The translations under genes and the position numbers were made by a program. This document shows, in pieces, positions 52,501 through 64,000 of a DNA stretch of 64,000 nucleotides. The notes under the pieces were generated by a model. The model ran no database searches and had not been told where the DNA came from. It was given only the letters and a program-made list of their open reading frames with translations. Positions within the stretch are counted from its first letter, which is position 1; every line of letters begins with the position of its first letter. This DNA is from Haliotis rubra (taxonomy: Eukaryota), in the NCBI RefSeq assembly GCF_003918875.1, contig NW_025767246.1, positions 434,001 through 498,000 of the forward strand, given 5' to 3'.

Positions 52501-52907
52501 TCATGGGTGGTTGGTTTGTAGTTTAACGCCACACCCAGTAATAGTCCAGTTATATGGCGGCGGTCTGTAAGTAATCGAGTCTGGACCAGACAATCCAGTG
52601 ATCAGAATCATGAGCATCAGGAATGGCGTTAATGGTTTTATTAACTGTTACCTTGTCAGAGATAATCATTTCTGAACATCGGTGAAGTCTCACGTCATCA
52701 CCGTATGGATGCTGAATAAGGCCTCGACTTCATCCTGGTCCGTATTCTATATGATCCTTCCTGTGATTTGACTAAGGTACAGAAGCTCACCTTTATACGG
52801 CGATAAAGAGTTTAAATGGTTATCGTGGACTGGACGTGCCGAATCAAAACAACTACATTTTGTAAGCGTGGTGTTTCTGCGAAAGGCATTTACAAAGTGC
52901 ACAAACG

Positions 52908-52944
<37 letters not shown>

Positions 52945-53170
52945 AACGTAACGTCGCCCTCCCCTTTATTCCAGCTATATGTACTGGCAATATGTACATA
53001 GTCGAGTCTGGTCCAGACAATGCTGTGATTTACATCATGAATATCGATCTAAGCAGTTGGGAAACGATGACATGTGTCAACAAAGTCGCCGAGCCTGAAC
53101 CCCCGATCCCCTTAGCCGCCTCTTATAACAAGCATGAGTGGCTGAAGATCAATTCTTACCTGGTTCTTCA
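52908..53170 (-). mobile_element. SINE family B, degenerate, with (CAA)n tail
   Basis: Consensus match. Confidence 0.8.
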
Positions 53171-53180
53171 AAACGCATTT

Positions 53181-53854
53181 TATAGACAAAGAACTTAGTT
53201 AAGCACCTCCTGACATATCTCACGATTAGAATGAGCCCCGATCTTAACCCTTTGGATCATATCTGGGTCATGATTGGTCGGCGTGTGCAATAAATGGATC
53301 CTCCTGTACAGAACCTGGCCCAATTGGAAGCTGCTTTACACGAGGAATGGCGTAGAATGCCCCTTCATAGGATCAGGAGGCTGACGGGGGGTATGAGGAG
53401 GAGAGTGCTGGCTGTCATACAGTCACATGGAGGTTACACTCGACATTGACCTTGAATCGTGTAAGACACGCAAAATGATTTTTTGAATGTTCACATTCAC
53501 CAATAAATTCAACATTAAACATTCCACGGCCATATGGTTTTGTATTAAAATCAGTGGGTGTTTTTTTTAATGAGCAATTATCATCATAAAATCAACATGG
53601 ATTCCAATCATTTTGTCATTTTGTATGAGTCAAAGGATCATACGGGTCAGAGAAACTCACGTTTTTCTATCGTGGTCACCACGAAAGGTTTTATGTACGT
53701 GTTGAAAAGGTATCATTGTAAAAATACAGGGGTTGCATAATTAAGTTCTTTGTTTAACAAAGTAGTCCATTTCTGCCGCCCCCGCCGTGATATTGCTGGA
53801 ATATTGCTAAAAGCGGCGTAAAACCAAACTCAGTCAGTTCTTTGTGTAACTATA
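53181..53854 (+). mobile_element. Internally deleted Tc1 remnant with a SINE inserted in its right TIR
   Basis: Residual SPDLNPLDHIW...EEW...MRRRVLAVIQSHGGYTRH* at ~53231-53449. TIR-like ACAAAGAACTTA.TTA.GCA at both ends; truncated SINE-A at 53765-53836 flanked by GTTCTTTGT.TAAC duplication. Confidence 0.8.
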
Positions 53855-54558
53855 GTTCTTGAAGTAAATTGTATTCATTACAATCGGTACAGTCTTTATT
53901 TTACAGGCTTTAATACAGTCTATGGTACAATCTTGACGTGGCACCAGGGATGCACAATGTCGGTGCTATCATGATAACAGAGCTTCTCTAAACGTACACA
54001 GGTGTAAACCACATATGCTATTGTGGCCGGGTTGATTTTATTTTTCTGGTTTGTAAATATTTTAGCAACATCTTTTCATTTGTCTGGTTTCTGTATTAGC
54101 CAGTGCCTGTTTCAAGCTCTATCACTGGAGCAGTAACAATAGATTTACCCAATTACTTACATAACCACCACCTTCACAATAGCCACGTTCACTCCAATGG
54201 CAAGCGCAATGCTTTGTCTGCCCTTTTTGTATTTCCTTATTATGTAAGTCGACTTACCTACAGTTTAATTTGGTGTCATCAAGCAGTTGTTCACATACTG
54301 CCTTTCTTAAAGGTCGGCTGTCCCATATAATTTGCTCATCAAATAGTTTTGCAATTCCTGGGGACCAAGCTGCTGAAGATTTCTATGTATATCAGGTTAG
54401 TTTGTTTTGGCTCATACATGTATATATGTATTTGTAGATATGTCTGTAGATATATAGTTGTATATGAATTAGATGCATTGAGGTAACGCATTGATAAGAT
54501 GTATTTCTCGGTTAACTCACAAATGAACTTTGAAAGGGGCATAAGTTATAAACCAGTC

Positions 54559-54705
54559 GCCTAGTGGTTAAAGCGTTCGCTCGTCACGCCGAAGATCCGG
54601 GTTCGATTCCCCACATGGGCATAATGTGTGAAGCTAATTTCTGGTGTCCCTCGTCGTGATATTGCTGGAATATTGCTAAAGCGGCGTAAAACCATATTCA
54701 CTCAC
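54559..54705 (+). mobile_element. SINE family A, slightly 5'-truncated (another degenerate copy at 55308-55431)
   Basis: Consensus; TSD AAAC(C/T)AGTCG. Confidence 0.88.
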
Positions 54706-55006
54706 AAAACTAGTCGTTCATAATGTGTATACAAATATAATTATATGTGTATATAGTTTATAATTTGTCTTTATTCATGAAGTAATGTCATTAATTGTAA
54801 ACTAAAATCAACAAATTATAATATGTGACTGCAGTATGATGAAGACTGAAGGATTACATATGGGAAAATTATTGTATACGATCATTTATTAATGCCCATT
54901 TCCAGTTGTTTACGCTAGGTCATTGTTTACCATTTGTAGGATAAGACAGTTACATCTGTGGCTAAGTACTGACCTATATGTAGCTACAGGCTGGAAAGTT
55001 AGGTGG

Positions 55007-55200
55007 CCCGTGAAGATCAGGGTAGGAAATAATCTTCAGTAACCCATGCTTGTAGTATAGGCGACTACCAAGATCGAGTGGTCAGGCTCGCTGACTTGGT
55101 TTACACATGTCATTGTATCCCAATTGCAAAGATCGATGCTCATGCTGTTGATCATTGGATTGTCTGCTTCAGACTCTAGTATTTACAGACCGCCGCCAAA
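55007..55200 (+). mobile_element. SINE family B, 3'-truncated
   Basis: Consensus match. Confidence 0.8.
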
Positions 55201-55696
55201 TGCACAAACGCCCTTTATAGGGGAGACACATCTATCATTAATGTTTCGACATGAAACACGATGTCTTTTTGTGAGGACGTGTCGGGGATACTTCGTATCC
55301 ATTCAAAGCCTAGTGGTTAAAGCGTTCCTTCGACACTCCGAAGACCCGGGTTCGATTCCCATATGGGTACAATGTGAGAGGCCCATAGTGTTGGAATATT
55401 GGAAAAGTGGCGCAAAACTATACTCGCTCACAGTTCTTGCTTCGTCACACAGTATGGAATTTATGGAATCGAACGTGGACATTCGTTAAAGTCTGTCAGC
55501 TATTTCATATCGCGGTATCAGCGCTAAATAGGCTCGTAGAAGTTACCTCCCCTGTTTAGTTCCCGTCTTGTAGTAGACTGGTACCCTGACCTTCGCTCCT
55601 AAACGGGTGCCCACGGCGATGGGCGCAAGCCCTCTGGGGCAGGCAAACCAGTCTAGACAGCACCGCCTGCGGTGCATTAATTGATATGGGCATATA

Positions 55697-56990
55697 TAGT
55701 ATGACCAGAAATTATTGAGAATTTTAGGAATATGTTTAATTGGATTTCTAGTATAAACAACCTTGACCAGCTAGCAAGTGCTTGGTTTCAATCAAGAGAG
55801 ACAACACCGTTAATCCTTTTTCATTAATTTGTGAAGAGTTATCCCCCTTTGTTTACTTGCTAGCAGACGACATTTTCAGTGATCCTCAGTATGGATGATT
55901 TAGAGAAGAGGAAGTTGATTTTAGAGTATTATAGCAAGGACATCAGATCAGCTAACGTGATTTCAAGTAGAACAGGCATCCCTTTGTCCACTGTTTATCG
56001 TGTTTTGAAAAATATTGCAAATGGATATGGCATTGAGCACCAGGGAGGCGCAGGTAGGCCCAGAAAATTGATTGTCGGTGACAGGAGGCGGCTTGGTATT
56101 CTTGTTTCTAAAAACAAACGAAGGAGTTTAGAAAACTTAAGGCTGGATATGATTGATAGAGGAACTGTGGCTGTCTGTAAGGAGACAATTAGAACTCAGC
56201 TGCATGCAATGGGTTGGCAGAAAAGTCGAGGAATTCCATCACCGATCATAAAACCTGAACAAAAGGAGCGAAGGTTGAACTGGTGCTTACAGCATAGAAG
56301 TTTGAACTGGGACAATGTGATTTTCACAGATGAAAGTTCTGTGTGGCTGTTTCCTAATACACTGGAATTCTGGACCAAACAAACTGAAAAACCTTTGTAT
56401 CAGCGCCCAAAGTACAGTCCGAAATTTAACGTGTGGGGTGGCATATCTGTGTTAGGGGCAACGCCCCTCTGTGTATTTGAAGGGAATATGAACAGTGAGC
56501 GGTACACAGATATTCTCGAGGGGCATTTACTTCCATCTGCTCACGTGTTCTATGGAAATTGTTGGATTTTCCAGCAGGACAACGGCCCAAAACATCGATC
56601 AAAGCATTCACGGGCCTGGAACCGGACCCAAAATATGACATTATTAGATTGGCCAAGTTATAGCCCTGACCTAAATCCAATGGAAAATGTTTGGGGACTT
56701 ATGAAGGAAAGTGTCAATAAGAAAAATCTGACAAATATTGCTGAAATGAAAGAAGAGGTGGTCCGATATTGGGACAACATGGACCACGACTTTCTAACTT
56801 CTTTGATCAGTAGTATGCCCCGCCGCATTGAAGCCTGCATTGCTGCCCATGGTGACTTGACAAAATACTAACTGTTCACCTGTCTTTGAATCTGGAGTTA
56901 TGTTCTGCTAATATTCACATTTAATACGTGAGTAATGAGTGAAAAAAAAAAATTACAGTCTTAAATTCTCAATAATTTCTGTTTGCACTG
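55697..56990 (+). mobile_element. Tc1/mariner DNA transposon (DD34E) with intact ORF
   Basis: TIR core CAGAAATTATTGAGAATTT at both ends (outer left bases mismatched), TA flanks. Confidence 0.93.
55891..56871 (+). CDS. Tc1-family transposase, 326 aa, uninterrupted
   Basis: HTH, GAGRPRK, FTDES, WGGIS, QQDNGPKH, WPSYSPDLNPME (D-34-E), C-terminal HGDLTKY. Confidence 0.92.
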   Translation: MDDLEKRKLILEYYSKDIRSANVISSRTGIPLSTVYRVLKNIANGYGIEHQGGAGRPRKLIVGDRRRLGILVSKNKRRSLENLRLDMIDRGTVAVCKETIRTQLHAMGWQKSRGIPSPIIKPEQKERRLNWCLQHRSLNWDNVIFTDESSVWLFPNTLEFWTKQTEKPLYQRPKYSPKFNVWGGISVLGATPLCVFEGNMNSERYTDILEGHLLPSAHVFYGNCWIFQQDNGPKHRSKHSRAWNRTQNMTLLDWPSYSPDLNPMENVWGLMKESVNKKNLTNIAEMKEEVVRYWDNMDHDFLTSLISSMPRRIEACIAAHGDLTKY

Positions 56991-57700
56991 TACATTGCTC
57001 GTCTTTTCATGAAAATCACAACCGGAATCGCAAAATAGAACATTGGAAGACCACATATAACTTTAGCTGTGCTTAATTCGTTTGCTCTATATAAGTTTAA
57101 ACAAATTTTGAAAAGATTATCTTCGAGAGATAATTGATAAAACCTTATTAGTCATGGCGGCATTTAAGGAAAACAGTTGTCACGGCACAAAGGTGTGCAT
57201 TGTATGCATTAATATGAAATAATTGTTACTTAAAGTACCGGTAGATGAGATTAAATATTTTATGAACCGTCTTCATAGATCCTGAATACGGCTCTTCGCG
57301 GCGTTAAACTGTTACACACAAATTATTTTCAAATGGATTTTCTATTGATCATAAAGTTCCGTGAAGATCCGGGATAGTTTCCAGCAGCAAATGCCTGTCG
57401 ACGGAGCAACTAATGGCATCGAGCTGTCAGACTCACGAACTTGGTTCATGCGTGTGATCCTAGATCAGATGCGTTGATCGATGCTCATGGCGCCAGTCAC
57501 TGGATCGGCTGGTCCAGAGTATTTACAGTCATATATTTACAGGAATGTTCCTGTGTGCTGTGTGCAAACAAATAAAAACATATATAACACTATTATTATA
57601 AATATTATATATAGTTTAATACTACTGCATGTACATACATATCGTCTTTACACGAAGTCCTCATGATCTCTTTCAACGTGTCCTCCCTCGACATGAAACA

Positions 57701-58042
57701 GGTGAGGTGAAATTGGATTTAACGTCGTGCTTGAGAATATTTCGCTCATATGACGACGTGCATGCGCGTGTGTGTGTATGTGCGGCTGCTTGTACTACCC
57801 CAGACTTAAGCTGGTTTTATAGTGCTAGCCCACTGAGATACCATGCCGCAGTGAAGCATGGATACCCCACTCAGACACATTATACTGACTCCGAGCCGAC
57901 CAGTCCTTGTTGTACCCATTAATGCCGAGCGCCAGGCAGGGACCAACAAGTACCATATTTGAACGTCTTTTGGTATGACGCAGTCGGGAATCGAACCCGC
58001 GACCTTCCGCTCTCCGGGCGGACGCTCTAACCACTACACCAC
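57701..58042 (-). mobile_element. SINE family C
   Basis: Reverse complement of the 12795 copy. Confidence 0.92.
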
Positions 58043-58889
58043 ATCGTGATCGCGAGGTGGTTGAAACGTTCGCATGTTGTGCTCAAGAACAGGTTCCTAC
58101 AAGCGTGTATCTGAATTAAAACTTAAGTCTCTAAATATATATAATTTTGATGGAAACAAACAATACCAGTCAAATTGCCCCAGGTTTGGTCAAATTGCCC
58201 CAGCTAAAAAATGACCAGCAAATCAAATCGCTCCGGATTGATAAAAACTACGCATTTATGACATATTTAAGCATTTTGAATAAATTGGGGCATTTTGGCT
58301 ACCCCCTGGATGATGCAGGTCAGGGACTGTGAGACAGACTGACGTGTATTGCGTGAACCCTTGATTGTGCAGGATTAATGCTAAAGCTTTGGGAGAGGGG
58401 GTTAAAATTTGGATAACTCGTGCCCAATCCATTTTATTTTTGAATAAAATATGTTAAAAACAGCGGCATAACACCCATCTCGCTTATTTGATGCACACCT
58501 TAATAAATTCGCATCAGCTGTAGACAAATTGTTGTGCAATCCAGTTGTGCGAGTGGATTTGTGGTATACCCCTTTACTTTACCTTCACTCGTCACACTAT
58601 TTATAAGCCTAAGAAATACTTCCGAGTGGACCCCATGGCACAATTACAACTATGTACTTCTCTCCCTGTGACTCAAAGCAGGTTACTAATTGTGCTCAAA
58701 TTGAATATGGACGTACTTGAGAGCCAGGGTGGAGGCCATGTAATTTCTCATTCGAAATTGGAATGGGATTCAAACCATGGAACTGTTCCGAGGTGCATGC
58801 TTTGGCTATGACCGGTTATCAAACTGACAATGCAAGGATTTCATGGGCCGTACCTTCCTCTCATCAGTTGGGATCAGTGGGCCAGTAGT

Positions 58890-59950
58890 TCAGTTTCAGT
58901 TCCACCAGAGAGATCCAGTTTTAACAGTTTCAGCTTCTCCATGCCAACAATTTCAACTTCAGCATGCCGACAAATTCAGCAGGTCGGCTGTTTCAGCTTC
59001 AGCATGCAGACAGTTTCAACCTCAAAGTTCCAGTTTCACATGGCCGAGTGTTCCAGCTTCACTAACCCGATAGTTCCAGCTTCACCAGGCCAACAGTTCC
59101 AGTTTCACCAGGCTGACAGTTCTAGCTTCACCATGCCGACAGTTCCAGTTTCACCATGACAGTTCCAGCTTCACCATGCCGACAGTTCTAGCTTCACCAT
59201 GATGACAGTTCCAGTTACACCATGCCAACATTTCCAGTTTCATCTTCACACTTCCAGCTTCACCAGGCCAACCAACAGCTTCACCATCCAGTTCAGCTTC
59301 ACCATGACACAGTTCCAGCTTCACCATGCCAACAGTTCTAGCTTCACCATGATGACAGTTCCAGTTTCACCATGCCGACATTTCCAGTTTCATCATGACA
59401 GTTCCAGCTTCACCATGCCGACAGTTCCAGCTTCACCATGCTGACAGTTCCAGCTTCACCATGCCAACAGTTCCAGTTTCACCATGACAGTTCCAGCTTC
59501 ACCATGACACTTCCAGCTTTCCAGGCCAACAGTACCAGCTTCACCATGCCGACAGTTCCAGTTTCCGACACTTCCAGCTTCACCACCACTTCCAGCTTCA
59601 CCAGGACAGTACTAGCTTCACCATGCCGACAGTGTCAGCTTCACCATGCCGACAGTTCCAGCTTCACCATGCCAACAGTGTCAGCTTCACCATGCCGACA
59701 CTTCCAGCTTCACCATGCCAACAGTACTAGCTTCACCATGCCGACAGTGTCAGTTTCACCAGGCCGACACTTCCAGCTTCACCATGCCTACACTTCCAGC
59801 TTCACCATGCCAACAGTACTAGCTTCACCATGCCGACAGTGTCAGCTTCACCATGCCGACACTTCCAGCTTCACCAGGGTAGTACTAGCTTCACCATGCC
59901 GACACTCCAGCTTCACCAGGCCAACAAGTACTAGCTTCACCCAGGCAGTT
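58890..59950. repeat. 23-bp (and 20-bp variant) minisatellite
   Basis: Unit ACAGTTCCAGCTTCACCATGCCG. Confidence 0.93.
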
Positions 59951-62745
59951 TAAGCATCCACATGCTGAGTAATTTACCAAGCCAGCAGTTTCACCAGGGT
60001 ATTAGACCCTCATGACCTGCACAAACAGACCCCAACAAAAAGCTCACCTCAACTTTCAGTCTAAGTGAGGGACACAAAAACTAAGAATAGCAAAATTGTG
60101 AATGTGTGATGAAAACTTTATTGTCCAACATGGAGAACAGACCAAGCATATTGTCAAATCACACAATATACATATACAATCTACTTTGGTTTTCCTAACA
60201 GACATATCAAATATTCAATAAGGCATGCTTTTCTGGACTACAGTCAGTGACTTTCCCAGTTAACGAGACAAACTTCAACAGATGCTTAACATTACAGTAT
60301 TTACCAACAACTGAAAACAAAATAAATCACTCTCTAACATCTACCAGATAATAAAAATATATCTGTGACCAAACATCCCCACTTGTCACCTAACAGTCAA
60401 TTTGACACATAACTATTTCCTCAACAGCTCTGGATCCTCTATCATCATAGAAATTACTAACTTCTTGTTAAAAATAATGAAAAATATTTACCAATACTCA
60501 ACAAAGGGATCATGTATATTTTAGGGTACATTTTTATTGTGAATATCACAAATATATACCTAAAAATATTCCTGATCCCTATTTTGGTTCATAATAAATG
60601 GCCACAGCAGACCAGTCACATAAAAGTAACTCATCTATTGACTAACAGCAAACCTACTTTTAAAATAAGATTCCTTTGACCTGAAAATAAATAATGCTTT
60701 AAGAAACTAACACAGAGCATTAGTTTTAAGAAACTTAAGCACCTGTACATAAAATGGCAAACCGCAACAAAAACAAAATTCTTTAGATCATATCATATCC
60801 CCTATTTGTTTTGTATTTCAAAATTGTATAACACATGACATTTGGTCAAGGCAAGGTCCAGCATTTGTATCAAAGTACAAAACACTGAGGAAAATACTCA
60901 AGCATCCAAATAGGAAGATAATCACCATTTTCAAAGCACCAGAACGTAATCTGATGGGGATTGTATGACTGCTTCATCAGACAAATATACCAAAATAGTT
61001 ACCAGATATGAACAAACACATCTTTTGTTACTTTAGGTCGAGGAATGTTATGCATGGTTTTTTTTTTTTTTTTTTTTAAAGAATCAAAATTCTCTTGTAA
61101 CAAATCTTGAGCCAGACCAATGAAACTATATTCAGAGTTACCTGTCCAAGTCATGGAGGACAAGTTATCTGCCCTTGTCACAGAAGCAATTCCATTGAAA
61201 ATTTGGAGTAACCGCTGACAGGAGATAAGATGTTTCTCTGTCCTTTAAATGTATTTTTGTTTTTATTTAAAATGAACTCTCCTACATATTCACTTTTCTT
61301 ACATAATACAAGTGTATGCATGAGTTTCTGGCAGGTCATTGAGACAAAATAAAATATTTCACTGAGTATTTGTATAATATTTATTATCCTCAGTTCTGAT
61401 TAGAATGTGTACTTCTCATGCCTGGCTTTCCATATTTGGGATTGTATGCTTTCCCTATTTTTAATGAAGTCCTGTGGATATATGTCTCTTTTCATTAGAT
61501 AAACATTACACACACAATATATTGGGAAATTTCTTCCACAGTTAACATTTGTGAATTATACCATCAGTAAAATATACACACAATTTATAAACATAAATAA
61601 AACAATGCGTAAGATTTCTAATTTGTTATAACATTGGATGTGAAACATATAAAAAGACATATATTTTGAAAAATTTCATGATAAACTCTTCTCTCAATTA
61701 TGAGGTGAACAACTGGTATTATTCACTCTTGGAGTACTGTCAAATGTTTTGAATTCATACCCACAAGCAAAAGGCAAATACCAATTCCATAGAAAGCGAA
61801 AATCAAAAGAATAAAAATTGTGAGACAACTGATTTTGTAGAATGTGACAATCTCAGAACTTGTGACAGAATTACTATGTATGTAACCTTTATATTTACTG
61901 GAAACATCAACTAAAACACATTCCAGTTTCCTAGATGCAATACACAAGAATTATATACAGAACCTAGAGGAATAGACAGATTTAGAAATTATGCTGTTAT
62001 CAACATGTGGCTTTGTGCAGAGACAGACACAGTGGAAACTCAGGAAAAACCATCACGAGAATACATTGGCCGATACAGTTACCTCATCGTGGTTTATGAA
62101 ACATTGGCGGGCAAAATTTGAGTTTAATGTGGTCAAACGCGATGAGTTTCTCAATGGGATGTTTCATTTCGATCAGGTGTCCATTCCACAAAGCAATCAT
62201 AGTGCCATGGTTATTGAACCTGTTTACTTTGACTGTTTACTTTGATAATTAACTGTTACTGCATTATGATCGCTTTGTGGAGGACGCCCAATATGTTTCT
62301 TTTCTAGAGTACAACTTGGAAAAGTGATCAACTATCCATTCAGTGATGCGTTGAACTAGTCATTTTATATTATTGGTGTAGATAGGGTTACTTAACATTT
62401 GGGAAGTGTGTGTGATGTGGAGGATGACTTTGAATGATGTAGATGCAGACATAATTTTCAGGGCTTGGACTCAAAGATAGAAGTAACAGGATCGCTGTTA
62501 ACAAGCTTTGTTAACAAGCCTTGTTAACAGAGGAAGATTACATCATAAATAGTGGACAGTATGTTCCTCCATCTGTGAATTCAAGTTACGTTCACAACAG
62601 ACGACTGGTCCCTCATCACACTGAAGGTCAAGGATGGATTCCCAAACAAGCAAACTGTAAAAATCATTTACCATGTCCTGCGTTGTGGCATGGAATGTCA
62701 ACTGCTTATAAACTCGGAGCAGAGATTACCACTGCCTGATACTGA

Positions 62746-62906
62746 CTGACTGACTTTGGTTTTATTCTGCTTTTAGCAATATTCCAGCAACATCATGGCG
62801 GGGGACACCAGAAATGGGCTTCACACATTGTGCCCATGTGGGGATTCGAACCCGGGTCTTCGGCGTGACGAGACAACGCTTTAACCATTAGGCTACCCCA
62901 CCGCCC
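62746..62906 (-). mobile_element. SINE family A
   Basis: Consensus; 12-bp TSD GCCTGATACTGA. Confidence 0.92.
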
Positions 62907-63620
62907 GCCTGATACTGAAGCAATGTGAAAAGAAGACATGACAAGATCCCTGCCAAGCAGAACGACCGGGATGCCTCTCACGGATTTGTTGGCTAAATAC
63001 AGCAACTTCTCCACGGTACTGTTCAGTGTTCAAGGTCGATGGAGGAACATAGTGTATACGAACCCGTATCAGCAATGTGAATCAGGGTATTATTTTAGAT
63101 AGACTATTTGTTACCATGGACAAACTGACGAAAGTGAAACCTGCTCCCTTCACCAGTTCCATGGCAACCGTTACCACAAAAAGTGCAAAAATGGTTAAAC
63201 ATACATAAAATATATATTACATGGATTACATATTTGTGTAATAACATATTTCGATGACTCGACATTTATTGTGTACATTGGTTCCTAACTTTGGCAGAAC
63301 AGTATTCAAGATAAAATGTTCGGAATGATGTCGATGGTGCCTGGAACTCGGACCAAATTGAGTGACCATTATTCATCAACTGGCACTTTTATATGGAATC
63401 CACTGATTGATGCTGGAAACAGAACAACTGAACGTGGTAATGGAAACAACTCATACTGGCTGGAATTACACGATTTTAACGAATGATTTGAAATGACATT
63501 TCTCAAAAATGCCATTTTAAGGCAGGCACAAAATTGTAATTGCATCACTATTATTGCCTGAAAAGAAGTAAAAGAATTTGAAAAGGTACTATATGAATAT
63601 AACACTGTATGAAAATACAC
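62900..63620 (-). pseudogene. Possible decayed member
   Basis: YFHTVLY..YELFPLP..TVPW. Confidence 0.3.
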
Positions 63621-64000
63621 ATTAGGATTTTTAAAATCAAATAAATAGTCAACAAGTGTAGTTTATTTGTTCAATGAGCATGACTCAAAGTGCACTTGGG
63701 GTTGTGATCTGTATAGATGCAGCTAGCGTAGAGACCATATATACACAAACAATGCTAGGCATGGTAGCGTGCGTCGTCGTCGTCAGGGGCGATCGGATGT
63801 CTATATACAATACTCTCCAGCTAGTCTGAAACATTGTCTCATGGACGTCTTGATAGAACTAACATTACATACTCACTACAGTCTGACGGAATATTGTCAA
63901 ATGCCATATCAGCAACTTTGGTTTTCTGGTTGTCATGGTAACATGGTTAACACGGATAAAACTGGGAGATGAAAACACACCACAGCATCCTGCATGGCAA

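Overview
This is eukaryotic, repeat-rich genomic DNA with two assembly gaps (38464-38765, 45933-46060). The SINE families look molluscan, probably gastropod such as abalone (inference from memory, not a search). There is no prokaryotic operon, CRISPR array or true tRNA gene. Contents: (1) One convincing host gene, a single coding exon at 33418-33840 (+) for a 140-aa single-pass glycoprotein with a KCNE-like transmembrane/juxtamembrane segment and a C-terminal -SDV PDZ motif; its putative 3' UTR carries an array of repeated hairpins. (2) Three full-length Tc1 (DD34E) transposons, one with an intact ORF, plus a deleted Tc1, several MITEs and a 5'-truncated LINE. (3) More than 30 SINE copies of at least three families; one family starts with a pseudoknot-like structured head instead of a recognisable tRNA head. 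(4) Many mini- and microsatellites, which explain most of the long ORFs. (5) Most interesting: much of the apparently unique intergenic DNA translates, across stops and frameshifts, into roughly 15-20 decayed, intronless, mutually divergent copies of one unrecognised ~350-aa protein family in both orientations. This may be an undescribed mobile element or endogenous-virus family. Those alignments are by eye and need tBLASTx/HMM confirmation.
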